Below are positions 17,941 through 34,376 of a stretch of 64,000 nucleotides of DNA, piece after piece. Position numbers and translations under genes: made by a program. The notes beneath the pieces are model-generated. The model did not search any database and was not told the DNA's origin. It saw only the letters and a program-made list of their open reading frames with translations. Every line of letters begins with the position of its first letter. The first letter of the stretch is position 1. This stretch comes from the human T2T-CHM13v2.0 reference genome, Homo sapiens, in the NCBI RefSeq assembly GCF_009914755.1, contig NC_060935.1; one strand, given 5' to 3'.

Positions 17941-18654
17941 GCAGTAAGCATTTTAAGAGTGGGAACTTTGCGTATTTTGTATCAACATTTAGCACATTTG
18001 TATTTGTAGCATAATAGTATTTGTATTCAACAATTAGCACAATAGTCCATAATGGATGCTTAAGAAAAATGTAGTGAATTAATGCATCCAGGTGTCTAGG
18101 TTCCATTTTTAATATTTAGATCTGCTTCATCTTTTCCAGAGAGTTGAACCAATATGATATCTAGTTATATTAAATATCAAGTGTTTTACTAAGTATTGAG
18201 TAGATATATAGGAATATTTAGTATATATATCATGTAAAGAATCACATTACAACAAACACCCAATAACCTACCACCCAATTTAAGAAAATTAATTTAATTA
18301 TCAGGAGTTCCTTGTATGACCTTTTTTCTCATTCCTTTCCCTTCTTCTCAGAAGTAACTGCTATCCTAAATTCTGTTGTTATCATTCCCTTGAGTGTTGC
18401 CTTCTTGAACAGTATATTGTTAGTGTTGCATGTTTTGAGCTTCATGTACATGGAACCGTACTGGATGTGTTCTATTTTCTTATTTCTGTGTATAGCAGTA
18501 ATTCTTTCCTTTTCACTGCTATGTAGTATTCCATTGTATTACTACATGTGCATGCGTGTGTGATAGACATTCACAGTATTAAGCAGTTTTTTGATTTTTT
18601 GCTTTTTCCAAAGAGCAGTGCTAAAAAATTCTTGTTCCTGTTTTATGGTGGATT

Positions 18655-19073
18655 ATATCTATCAGTATTTACTGTATTAAAATTGAAATAGAAATGTTTT
18701 AAATGTTTACTTAGTAACTCATTTAGAATAACAATTTAAAATAATAAAATTAAAATAAAAATGGATGTTTTTATGAAAAAACTGTTTTAAAACAAAAAAA
18801 CAGAAGTGTGGCATTATTTTATATTTTTTTCAGATCTCTTTACTGTGTGGCTTAATAGAAAATAGCTAAGTTCTCACATCTCTTTCTGCATTCAATCTGT
18901 TACAGTATCAACAATAGTCAGAAACCTCACTATACTTGAGAGAGAATGAGGTTGAAATAGGAAATAAAATATATAATTATTTTGAAAATAGCTTTGACCT
19001 TGCACATCTTCTGAAAGGGTTTCAGGAACTCCCACAGGTCCCAGATCACACTATCACACTTAAAGAACCACTG
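18655..19073 (-). mobile_element. Charlie1b-like hAT DNA transposon fossil within an old antisense L1M
   Basis: Ends aaagaaccactg (reverse of the CAGTGGTTCT terminus); ggcttaatagaa and tctgcattcaatctgtt are reverse-strand homologues of the element at 35947-39146. Confidence 0.75.
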
Positions 19074-19905
19074 CCCCAGGGTGTGTCCATTCTCCCCCTT
19101 TGCTGGTAAGGCCAGACCCCTCCAAAGTGAATGAATGTATTAAGTTGTCCCCTGCCACCCACCAGCAGTGTTTAATTGTTTTAGTCACTCTTATCACAGC
19201 ACTTGATGTTGTCAGATTTATAATTTTTGCCAGTCTGGTAAAAATGAAATACTGTCTCCCTGTGGTTTGATTTGCATTTTCTTTGTTACTAATGAACTTA
19301 ACCATCTTTTTATATTTTATTGACCACTTGCTCTCCTTTTCTGTTAAGTACCTATCCAGTATTTTTCAGCCATAACTCAAGTTTCATTCTACCTTGTAAA
19401 GTAATTTAAAATGTTTCTTTTTAAAGTACACATTCGAGGGTCAAATGGACTGTTCCCAGTTTTATTTAAGCAGTAATTTAAACATTAAGGAAAATGTTTA
19501 AGATTAAGAATATTGTTTAGACCTCGGGTGATCGGCCCGCCCCAGGCTTCCAAAGCTGGGATTACAGACGTGAGCCACTGTGCCAGGCCTAGAGGTTTCC
19601 TAGATTTCTTTGGGAGCTATTAACTGGCACTTTTGCAGGGGGAAACTTGTGTAATGTTTGGGTCAGTATAACATTCAGTATTAACATATATACCCATTCT
19701 AATCAGAGGAAATGTATCTTGACTTAAAAGGTTTCTGTTATCTCTTTGGACCTCAGTTTCCATCAGTAAACTGGAAATAGTACTTTCAGCTCCAGTACTC
19801 TGGGTTCTAATTGACTTTGTTTAATCTTTACTTCAGTTGTATAAAGGGGCTTGAAATTAACTTGAACCATAGGTACTTTTTCTTTAAGTGCCCTTTAACA
19901 GTTAA

Positions 19906-20273
<368 letters not shown>

Positions 20274-20438
20274 TGATATTATCTTGGCTGAGCACAAATG
20301 CTCCACTGCACTCCAGCCTGGGCAACAGTGAGAAACTTTGTCTCAAAAAAACAAAAAACAAGATATTAATGCTGCCACCAGCTTTTTTGGTTGATTCTCT
20401 TGAGATCCAATAATACACAGTCATACATTTACAAATAA

Positions 20439-20765
<327 letters not shown>

Positions 20766-20766
20766 T

Positions 20767-21264
<498 letters not shown>

Positions 21265-21297
21265 TAAATTATGTTAAGGAAGTATTTTTTCTGTTGC

Positions 21298-21626
21298 TTT
21301 TTTTTTTATTTTAATTTTAATTTTTTATTTTTTATTTTTTTTGAGATAGAGTCTCACTCTGTCTCCCAGGCTGGAGTGCAGTGTCGGGATCTCAGCTCAC
21401 TGCAACCTCCACCTCCCAGGGTTCAAACGATTCTTCTGCCTCAGTCTCCTGAGTAGCTGGGATTACAGGTGTCCACCACCACACCCAGCTAATTTTTTTT
21501 ATTTTCAGTAGAGACGGGATTTCACCATGTTGGCCAGGCTGGTCTTGAACTCCTGACCTCAGGTGATCCACCCACCTCAGCTTCCCAAAGTGCTGGGGTT
21601 ATAGACGTAAGCCACCCCACCCGGCC
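21298..21626 (-). mobile_element. AluS
   Basis: Antisense dimer. Confidence 0.92.
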
Positions 21627-22582
21627 CTATTGCTCTTTTAAAATTAGTAGTGTATGTTGAATTTTATTAAGTGCCTTTTTTAGCATCTAATAAAATAATT
21701 ATGCTTATTTGTTCTTTTGAGCTTATTAATGTGATAATGTATTAAGTTTCTAATATTTCTTGTCTTAGGAGTCTCCCTTAGATATAATATATTTTTGTTT
21801 GATTAGTTCTTGCCCAAATTAGTTTTGGCTGGAACCTGGATGGTTTTTTGTTTGTTCTTTTTTTCCCCACACACCCTGGACAGTTTCTGTTTGTTTTTGT
21901 TCCTCCCACATACCTGCTTTACCTCAGTCACTGAGACACATGTACTAATGGGTTGTCATGAATGAAGAACTGGAATTTAAGTGACTAGGATTCGTCAAAT
22001 GCTGATGACGTGTAAGGTTCTCTTTAGCAAAGTTTAAGGAAGGCAGTTCACCTTTTTGAGCACTTCTGTATGCCAGAGTCTATGCTAGGAACTTTTCACA
22101 TTTGCTAGTTCACACAGCAATTCTATTTTATAGATGAGAAAGCTTACATTTAAGTCTCTTCTGCAATACTAGAGGAGCTACTTTGGACCTGAGACTTTTT
22201 GTATCTGGTTTTAATAAGCAAAAGTCCACACCCTACCTCTGAGGCCTGTTTCCCAATCCAGAAAATTATCATCAAGGAGATTGCAGAGAGAGATAGAAAA
22301 TGTCATACATTGTGTTGGTCTGTGCAAGTAATTGGCATTCATAACCCAAAGATAAACATACCCTGAGTAACTGAAAATTTTCTTAGAATCTTATGTCCCT
22401 CTACTTCATAGAAAGCCACATCTTATGGCTATGGAGTAAAATATCCCTAAGGATGTTCCTTAGTTCTGTTTATTGTTTAGGCTTAAGTTTTTTCTCATTC
22501 GCTGATATTCTCCCATCTGAGTGATTTCAGGATGAAATTGCCCCATTCAAACATTTTCGGGAAGAAAATTTAGTTGCTTTGC

Positions 22583-22946
<364 letters not shown>

Positions 22947-22962
22947 TAAAAATAATGCCTTA

Positions 22963-23274
<312 letters not shown>

Positions 23275-23701
23275 TTAGTTCATTGTTTCACAATCAAAAT
23301 TATGCTATTTCATATGAAATAATAGGTTCAGTATCTACATATATTTGGGTAACTTCTTCAGCAGTAAGAATATAGTGCTCAGAAATTTACTTGTTGGTGT
23401 TATTGAAGCTTGTTGAGACTTCCACAGGTGCCTGTAAAATAGAAACAATTTTAGAAATGTTTTTACTCTCACAAAGGAAAACCTTTTTCACAATTTTTTT
23501 CTCTTGGTTTACTCTTTATGTGAATAAATGCTGTTAAGGGAAGAGGCAGGGCTTATTCTTCCCATCTTCTGATTAAAGAACTCACACAGAGAGGAAAATG
23601 CCTTGCTCATATGACACAGCCATTTCTTGGTAGGACAAAGGAGTAATCCAGGTCACTTGTCTTCTATTCCTTGCATTTATCTGCTCTGGTCACAAAGGGA
23701 C

Positions 23702-24142
23702 CAGTGTAGGACAGGCAAGCCCCAGAATTGGGGCTTAGCCCAGGAAGGTTCTTTGCTTTGCTCAGGAAAGAATTCAAGAGTGAGCCAGTGGTAGAAGAAA
23801 CCAGCTTTATTGAGGTGGCAGTGTTACAGCACCGTGACTGCTCTGCAGAGCAGGGATAGACCTGGTAGGCAGCCTCAAGAGCAGCACTCAGTGGCAGTTC
23901 TGCAGTCGTATTTATACCCACTCTTAATTACATGCAAATTAAGAGGCAGATTATTCAGAATTTTCTAGAAAAGGGGTGGTAACCTGCAGGTTGTTGCCAT
24001 GGAAAGGAGTAGTGACATCTGGGTGTTGCCATGGCAATGGTAAACTAACATACACCAGTGGGTGTGTCTTAGGGAGTGGTGGTGTTGCCTCTTCTGTTAC
24101 AGCCAGTCTTCAATCTGGTCCAGAGTTCTGCCTCCTACCTCA
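23702..24142 (-). mobile_element. ERV1 solo LTR, MER41-family-like, antisense to PACS1
   Basis: Minus strand starts TGAGGTAGGAGGCAG; TATAAATA at 23909-23916; AATAAA at 23806-23811; gctaagccccaatt near 3' end; 4-bp TSD-like GGAC/CGAC. Confidence 0.8.
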
Positions 24143-24253
24143 CGACCATCATTTTGATTTGGGGTCTAACTAGTCAGGTTTTTATTTCATCCAGATCTTT
24201 GTTTCTCCTTTCTTCCCCTTTTTCTGTGCAAAATTTGACCACTTTGCTGTTTA

Positions 24254-24563
<310 letters not shown>

Positions 24564-26096
24564 TTATTCAAGGCTGTTTCTCCTTTATCCTACAGTCACG
24601 TATAAACTAGAATTATTTAGAAGGTTTCAAAAGATTCTTGTCACTATATTTTGTTCTTTTCTGTACCCAGTTATCAAGTAGACAGCCTTATTCTTTCAGA
24701 CTTAGTCTAATGAGAGCTAAATAATTTCTTGAGAGAATTTGCTTGTGCTCAAATATGTCCTCACTGAAGCCTTAGCCCAGTTACTCAGTGATCTCCTTTT
24801 GTGTAATTCAGAACTTAATTATGCACTGTCACGTTTGTTGGTTAATTGTTTGATATACTTAAATCCTGTCCTTTCAACTAGGTTATGAATTGCTCAAAAG
24901 CAGAGATTATGCCCATTTTTTTCTTTTTCAGCTCCTAGCACAGAGCTAAGTACAGAGAATATGTACAGTAAAAGGCTGATGGAGGTCTTTCTGGGAACAC
25001 TCTATCAGCGGTACTCTGTCCTTCCTGCTGGTGGCAATGGGAATGTTCTCTGCAAGGGCTCACGAGGGCTTGCATGCCTATGAAGTGGAAGAGAAATGGC
25101 TTGAGGTGCAGGGAATGAGGGGACAGGCCAGGAACTCTCGGCCTAATTATAATAGCTATTGCCTCGCTGCTTTTATTGGACTGCTCTTATTGGAAGGAAA
25201 TTGATCCCAAAGAGAGTCAAAGACAGGCTAAAACACTGAACTCATAAAAATATGAAAAGTAAGCGGTGAGAGCAGATCAAGGGACCAAGATTCGTTGTTT
25301 TGTTATTGTTTTATTAATGATGGTCTAGGACTTCCAAATGGAGTTTTAAAAGTTGAAAATAAATGACCTGTTACTAATATATTTTCAGAATGCCTATGTA
25401 GAGAGGAAGATTATTTCTCAGCTGAGTAACGTGGGATCCTCCTTTAAAAGTCCTTTGGACTCTAATCATCTTTGTAATACTCTGTTTTACTTTGAAGGCA
25501 GACTCAACTTCTTAGAGTTCCAGCACATTGAGCCCTGTTTGTCTCATCCATCTTTTCACTGACCTTCCAAAGGTGGACTGGCTGGAGAACCCCAGCTGTC
25601 CATTGTGTTTGAAATCCCTTTAAGTAGGGACTCGGCTAGAGGTGTTCTTCTGCCTGATCCCCAGATGAAAAGGACGGGAGGGGAGTGACAGAGGAGTCTT
25701 CAGCCAGCTGCCATATCCCCATGCCGGACCATGGAACCTGACTTCCAGCGCACTGTAGCAGAGAGGTAGCTAGAGAGCAGAAAGTAGAGATTTGGCTCTC
25801 CTAGGGATCTTGGAGAGAACTTTGTTATTTCAGCTTTTGAGATATCTTCTCTTCCTTCATAAGGATGAGACCCAGGGTTTCCTGATAGGGCACTGCCCTT
25901 TAAAATGGACTTTGGGAATAATTTGGCCAACTGGTTCTTTTTGAAAGTATTAATGTTTGGGGGTTGTAACTAAAGTCCTAACACCTTGGGAATCTGTTCC
26001 TGGTGAACATTACTTAAAGATAGGTTCACCTGCATACACAACAGAAAAACCACAAAGAAGAGGTTTCTTTCTTTCTCACGTAAAAATGAAAAAATC

Positions 26097-26402
26097 AGCT
26101 GGCAGCAGTGGCTCACACCTGTGATTTCAGCACTTTGGGAGGCCGAGGCAGGAGGATCGCTTGAGCCCAGGAGTTACAGACCAGCCTGGGCAGTGTAATG
26201 AGACCCCATCGCTGCAAAAAAAATTTTTTTTTTCTAATTAGCTGGGTGCGGTAGAATGCACCTGTAGTCTCAGCTACTTAGGAGGTTGAGATGGGAAGAT
26301 TGCTTGAGTCCCAGAAGTTCAAGATTGCAGTGAGCTTTGATCATGCCATTGCATTCCAGTCTGGGTGACAGAGCAAGACCCTGTCTCTTAAAAAAAAAAA
26401 AA
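26097..26402 (+). mobile_element. AluJ
   Basis: Dimer with poly-A. Confidence 0.9.
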
Positions 26403-27283
26403 GCCACATCTTGCGTATGGTTTACAGAGGCCTGCATGTGAAGCAGCCCCACATAGGCTCCCTGGCCTTGCTGTTTCACAGGCAGACCAAGCATGCAGCC
26501 AGCTTAAGGCCTATGTACTTCTTCCCCTCAACCTAGAACTTCTCAAGGAGGCCCACCCTGGCCACCTAACTCAGAATTTCAGCCCTCCCCGCTCTCCTCT
26601 GCCTCTTGCTCGCAATACCTAGCTCTATTTTCACACAATCTGACCTACTACATAATTTACCTAATTATTATGTTTATTGCTTATTGACTGTGTCCTTTCA
26701 CTAGAGTGTGAACTCAAGGACAAGACATTTTGTCTGCTTTGTTTACTGATGTATCACAAGTGACCAGAACAGCATGTGCCTCATTATAAGGCTGACAGAT
26801 GAGTGACAGAGTAACGTGACAGAGCTGCAGTTCAAACCAGAGTGTATCTGACTCTACAGCCTTCATTCAGGCATTTTTTTTGTTTTAAATCAATGTGCAG
26901 ATTGCATACAGTGGAGTGCATGGGTTTTGGATATAAGCCCTGTGGGTTTCTGCTGGTGTGTAGGCCCGTTAACGTTGCCGTTGTTGGCCAGAGGGCTCCC
27001 TCATATCCCTTCCAATCAGTGCCTCCACCTGCCTTGGTCACTGTACTGGCATCACCACATGTTGGTCTTACCTGTTCTTGAACTTCACGTGGATGGTAAG
27101 ACAGTACGTGGTCTTTTGGGTCTGGCTCTTCCGGCTCAGTGTAGTGGTTTTGAATCATCCATGTTGACACATGTATCATAGCTTGGTCTTTTTTGTGTAC
27201 TACATTTTGTTTGTTCATTCTTCTGTTGGTGGGTGTGTTGTTTCCAGTATAGGACCATTGTGAGTGGAGCTGCTTTGAACCTT

Positions 27284-28430
27284 ATTTTTTAATTTTTTAT
27301 TTAATTTTAAAATTGACCGATCTTACATATTCATGGGGTACGTAGAGATGTTTTGATACATGCAATGTATGATGAACAGAACAGGGGGATTAGCATACCC
27401 ATCATCTCAAACGCTGATCATTTCTTTGTGTTGAGAACATTGACTCTCCTCCTCCTAGCTATCTGTAATTAATATTATTATTAACTGTAGTCATCTTTCT
27501 GAACACTAGAGCTTATTCCTCCTATCTAGCTGTAATTTTGTACCCTTTAAGAAATCTCTCCATTTTCCTCCCTTTCCCCTGCTATTCTCAGCCTCTGGTA
27601 TCATCTGTTCTACTTTTTACTTCTATGAGATTAACTTTTTTAGCTTCCATGTGTGAGTGAGATCATGCAGTGTTTTACTTTCTATTCCCAGCTTATTTCA
27701 CTTAACACAATATTCTCAGTTCCATCCATGTTGCTGCAAATGACAGGATCTCACACTTTTTTATGGCTGAATAGTACTCCATGGTATGTGCACACCACAT
27801 TTTCTTTATCTGTTCCTCTGTTGTCGGACCCCTAGGTTGATTCCTTCTCTTGGCTATTGTGAACGGTGCTCGGTAAACATGGGGGTCTGCATTGTCTCCC
27901 TGATACAATAATTTCCTTTCCTTTGAACCGATTCCCAGTAGTGGGATTGCTGGATCATGTGGTAGTTTTATTTGTAGTTTTTTGAAGGAACCTCCATGCT
28001 GTTCTCCATAGTGGCTGCACTAGTTCACATTCACTAGTTACAACAGTGTAGAAGAGTTCGCTTTTCTCTGCATCCTCTCCAGCATTTGTTATTTTTTGTC
28101 TTTTTGATAGTAGCCAGCCCAACTGGGGAATATGATACCTCATTGTGGTTTCGATTTGCGTTTCCCTGATGATTAGGGATGTTGAATTTTTTTTTTATAT
28201 GTTCGTTGGCTATTTGTATGTTTTCTTTTGAGAAATGTCTGTTCAGATCGTTTGGCGATTTTTTTAATCGGATTTTTTTTTTTTTTTTTTGGCCGTTGAG
28301 ATATTTCAGTTCTTTGTATATTCTGGGTATTAATCCCCCCATCAGATGAGTAGTTTACAAATATTTTGTCTTATTCTTTTCACTCTGTAGATTGTTTCCT
28401 TTGCTGTGCAGAAGCTTTGAACGTTCTTGT
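27284..28430 (-). mobile_element. L1MA-type 3' end (ORF2 C-terminus and 3'UTR) nested in older L1M pieces
   Basis: Minus ORFs KKMWCAHTMEYYSAIKKCEILSFAATWMEL and LNRHFSKENIQIAN are L1 ORF2 C-terminal motifs. Confidence 0.9.
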
Positions 28431-29930
28431 ACCTGTCTTGTTGTGGTGTGCCTTCCTTTCTCTTGGGTTCCCTTGGGAGCTGGTTATAGGAGTAGACACA
28501 CACAAACACACACACATATATGTAAAATCTAATCAACTACCAAATGGTTTTCTCGAGTAACTGTACCATTTTCCACTGTCCCCAGCCATGAGTGTAAGTT
28601 CTGGTTACCCTACATCTTCACCAGCACTTGGAATTATCAGCCTTTATAATTTTGCTGTAAAATTATTTTCTGCTGTAGAAAAACCAATTAAAGCAGGAGT
28701 GTCATCAGGGAAAGACTCTTCTCTTCAGGCCTTGTATCCTACATTTTCACTGCATGAGAAGCGCCCACCAGTGAAACACAGGGTAGCAGGAAACCTGGGG
28801 TGGGCAGCTAACTAACCCAGCTTCCTAATCACTGAGACTACTTCGTTACAATGTCTTGCCAGACACAGTCAGCATGAGTCATCCTCACAACTATATCTAG
28901 GAGTCTTTCCATCAAATGTGTGCAAATGCGGGTTTATGGAGAAATTTATCTTACTTCCTTAGTGTTCTCTGTTATATTAAGGTATATGTTAAAAAGTTCA
29001 TTTATAATTAAAATAATTCTTCTAATTTGCTAATAAAATGCTTTATACCAACTTCAATTGGTCTCTGGACTGTGATAGGCCTAAGTGTGCATCATGTCTT
29101 GACTACTTCCTATGTGACCTGGGGACATTTTCTTAACTTCCAGCATCCGTATCTGTAAAATAGGTATAATACCCACCTCTTAGCATTACTGTGAAACTTA
29201 AAAGAGATAATGAAATGCATGTCAGGCAACTAGTACCTGATAGATACTGAATGAGGGATAAACATTTTCTTGTACTTTGAAGAATTAGAATACATTTGAG
29301 TCCCCAAGTACCCTTGAGTCATGCCATTGAAAACAAACAAAAAAAAATCCTGTTGAACTGATTGCCACAGGTTTCAAAATCAGTGTGTTGTGTGGCATTT
29401 CTGTGAAAACATGGAACATATCCAGTCTTGCTGTTGCTTTACCTAAGGTACTAAATCTTTCTTGGCCATCTTGTTAACATGAGGTGCCGTGGCATAAAGG
29501 TCTGTCTTGTCTATTTATTCAACAAATATTTATTGGTCTGTGATGTTTTTTCCTCCTAACATAATTCTGCCATATTATCCTATGATGTTTTATATGTTAT
29601 GTAAGAGCCTTCTGGGGCATAATAGAGCAGCAGCACAGAACGTAACGTGATTGTTTGCTTTTCCCGCTGCGCTGTGTAGCCCACATCCTTCTACAACTCC
29701 AACAACTGGTTCAGTACCAGGCGCAGAGTGAATGTTCTCTAAATGTGGGCAGTGTTGATGAGTGAAGAATCTTAAGCAGAGAAGAAACTCATGTCCCTGA
29801 CTGACTCCTGTGAGACGTTTATCTTGCAGTGAGTTTATTCAGCAGCCACAAATCAATTTGAAGGTGGAAAATGTTTGCTTTGAAAACAAGGAAAAACCTA
29901 ACCCATCAGAAGCGTTCATGATTAGCAGTC

Positions 29931-30381
29931 TGCAAAAGTTGATCATACACATTGAGTTATCCTCGTCATACCCAACCAAAACAGAGCCGAGAAACTAGGG
30001 GAAAGGCACTCAAGGCATTGCTCCAGAAATGGAATTCTCTGCAAACCTGGCTGCTGAAACTGCCTGCTATAACCTGAAACCTGTTTTATCTGATGTCTAC
30101 TGTGACGACGTGCTGCAGCTCTAAGACTAGCTTTGCCCACCACTCTCACTCACCTATCAGAGATTGCCAGTTTCCCAAAACCTTTCTTGTGCCGATGAAC
30201 TTTCTCAAAGAGCAATAGTAACATTTCTCTTTTTTATAAAACATCTAAGCTTCTCTTTGTTCTTTGGACATACTGAAGACTACCTGATCTACAGGTATGC
30301 TCCCAATTGCAGCAGTTTTTTTCTTCTCAAATAAAACATTTGAATTTCAGAGATTTGTTTCTATTTTATTTGATTTTGGCA
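29931..30381 (+). mobile_element. ERV1 solo LTR (MER65-like), sense to PACS1
   Basis: TG..CA ends, TSD-like AGTC/AGCC, tttataaaa TATA-like box near 30233, AATAAA at 30330-30335. Confidence 0.72.
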
Positions 30382-30515
30382 AGCCTCAGATGAGGACGAA
30401 CGTTGGGCATATTCAGTCTTTTCCATTGGCTCATCCCAGTCATGTCCCATTTCATTTTGAGCCATCATTTTTTGCCTTGATGAAGGCACAAAATTCAGTT
30501 AAACAATGTACGTAG

Positions 30516-30780
<265 letters not shown>

Positions 30781-31072
30781 GTTAACTACATTTCTGAATA
30801 GCCATTTGTGAACTGTAATAATCCCTTTGATATCAGTAGAACCAGAGTTCCCTGTGGGACAGCACATCTCTGCTCTGAAGGGAAGGGAGAAACAGGCGGT
30901 ACTGTGGGCAGTCATTGAAGGGGGGATTTTGGAGGAAACAGCATGAACCCAGATGGCTCCAGAGCAACAGATGTCAGGAGAGTGTTTTAGGACATCAGAG
31001 TTGAGGGCACCCAGGTCACAGGCTGAGGAGGCGGTGACGTGATGGGGAAGGGCCAGGCCCTGGGATGAGGGG

Positions 31073-31571
31073 TGGTTCACTTCCTACTGCTGCTGTGACG
31101 AGTGGCCACAAACTTCGTGACTTCACACAACACACGTTTATTATCTTGCATTTCTGCAGGTCAGAAGTCCAAAATAGGTTTCACTGGGCAGCACGGAAGG
31201 TGTGGACAGGGTGGTGCTCCTTCTGGAGGCTGCAAGGAAGGACTGTTTTCTTGCCTTTTCCTGCTTCTTGAGGCTGCATATTCCTTGGCTCCTGACCCCC
31301 TCCCTCCATCTTCAAGGCCATCAGCCATATCTCCAGTCCCTGCTTCCTCCTTTGACTCTTTCCTCCCTGGCCCCCTCTTTTAAAGGCTCTTGTGATCATA
31401 TTGGGTCCACCCAGATAATCCAGGATAATCTCCCCATCTCAGGAGCCTTAACTTAATCACATCTGCACAGTCCCTTTTGCCATGGGACTTTGCCAAGGTA
31501 CCATATTCACAGGTTTTGGGGATTAGGAGATGACATCTGGGTGGTGGGGGCTGGGTATTTGGTCCACCACA
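31073..31571 (-). mobile_element. MaLR solo LTR (MLT1C/D-like)
   Basis: ggtcagaagtccaaaataggtttcactgggc, cagataatccaggataatctccccatctca, aacttaatcacatctgca. Confidence 0.87.
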
Positions 31572-31854
31572 AAGAGATTAGTTAGAATCCAGCTCTGTCA
31601 TTTACTGGCTGTAAGTGAATTTGGGCAGGTCACTACTCCACTTGAAATGTTTTTCTGTTGCATGCGTAGAACAGTGAGCCCCCCAACACACATCCACACA
31701 GTCCTGTTTTTGAGGTCTAGGTAAAATGATATAGATGAAGAGACCTGATAAGCTTTCATACATTTTATTTGATTTTGATTCTAGCTTAAAGCAAAGAAAG
31801 AGATTTATTTGTTTTTCTTTGTGTTAGTCAGCAGATCTTTGAAAGTACTTGGGT

Positions 31855-32167
<313 letters not shown>

Positions 32168-32294
32168 TTAATTCAAAACCAGAATTTAGTTCTGTTGACC
32201 TGGATTTGTCCTCCTTTAAAAAAAAAACAAAACATGAATTATATTAATTTCTTCACATACTCTTGTTAATCTGATTTTAGCTAGAAGCCATTTT

Positions 32295-32680
32295 AGGAAA
32301 CTTAATGTAACAAATATTTGCTGAGCAACTATATACTGTGCCCAGCATTTGGGCAGATGTTGGGGAGAGAGCGGTGGAGAGGCAAGCCTGCTGCCTGCCC
32401 GCCGGAAGTTACACTCCAGTGGCATGATAGGAATTGTGCTGGGGACACATCACAGACTTTGCAAGGCATCGGGGGAAGTTCTCCTGGCAAAAATGCATAA
32501 CCCAAGGCTGAGGAGGCGTTAGGTGGCAGGGTGGTGCCAACAGAAGGAACAGCAGCCTCCAAAGGCCCTGAGGCGAGAGAGGGTGGCACTGCCACGGAGC
32601 CAAAGGAAAGTTAGTGTGGCTGGAGCTGAGGGAGGGCTGTGGAGATGCAAGACAGGGGCCTGAGCAGGGCCTAGAGGGCC
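32295..32680 (-). mobile_element. L2 3' remnant
   Basis: caaatatttgctgagcaactatatactgtgccc, caaaggccctgaggc. Confidence 0.6.
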
Positions 32681-33309
32681 TCAGCACGGAGGAAAAAAGA
32701 GGTATGAAATCCAGCCGGATTCTCTGGACTTGTCATGACTCTGGTAAGCAACATCCCTCATGTGTACCGTTCCCCAGAACCTCTCCCAGGAGAAGAATGT
32801 GTAAAGACTTTGACCACCCAGGCAGCCATAGAAAGGCAGCTTCCAGAGTCTCCCTCCCACTCCTGCTGGAAGTCCAGGGTGGCCCTGCTGTGGTAAGGCC
32901 AAGGTAAAGTCAGAGCAGAGTTACTGAGACTCCACAGTGAGGGACAATCCTGTCACTTTTGAGTTGCGGGGAATTTCTTGATTTGTGGCACTGAAGATTT
33001 TCTGCATATTTGGAGCAAAATGCAGCTGAAATAGAATTTGTGACCATTTAACCATTTCCTGCCAAATGATGTATGTTTTGTTTGTGTGGATTATCTCCTC
33101 TTGCTAAAGATTTACATCTGTACATCTGTCAGGTGTGATCAGGTGGAAAGTAGAAGAGGAACTGTGTGATTCTCCTCCCTTGGTCTCCTCTTCCCCCTCA
33201 GAAATGGCTCCAACATACTAGGCATGGAGAATATTTTGCCTTTGGCTTGAGATGAATGATATCCATGGAAGTTCATGCAATAATGTACCTTTTGACACTT
33301 AACTTTAGA

Positions 33310-33425
33310 AGCTGGGCATGGTGGCATGTGCCTGTGGTCCCAGCTACTCAGGAGGCCAAGACGGGGAGGATCCTTGGGCCCAGGGCTCCAGTCTGGGCAA
33401 CATAGTGAGACCCATCTCTTAAAAG
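33310..33425 (+). mobile_element. Alu monomer
   Basis: gctgggcatggtggcatgtgcctgtggtcccagctact...gagacccatctct. Confidence 0.85.
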
Positions 33426-33530
33426 TATAAACATTAAGTAAGAGGGGATGCTCTTCTACTGAGAGAGGGGACCCCTGGGACTGAGGACAGCGTTCTCACA
33501 TTCTTACTTCAGGTAAGGCAGATTGCCTAA

Positions 33531-33935
<405 letters not shown>

Positions 33936-33975
33936 TGAGGATCAAGTGATATAGATCCTAAAGTGTTTATTGTAA

Positions 33976-34376
<401 letters not shown>

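Noticed and set aside
28875-29321. Two AP-1 sites TGAGTCA (28875, 29315)
   Set aside because: Several such 7-mers are expected by chance in 64 kb; no independent support
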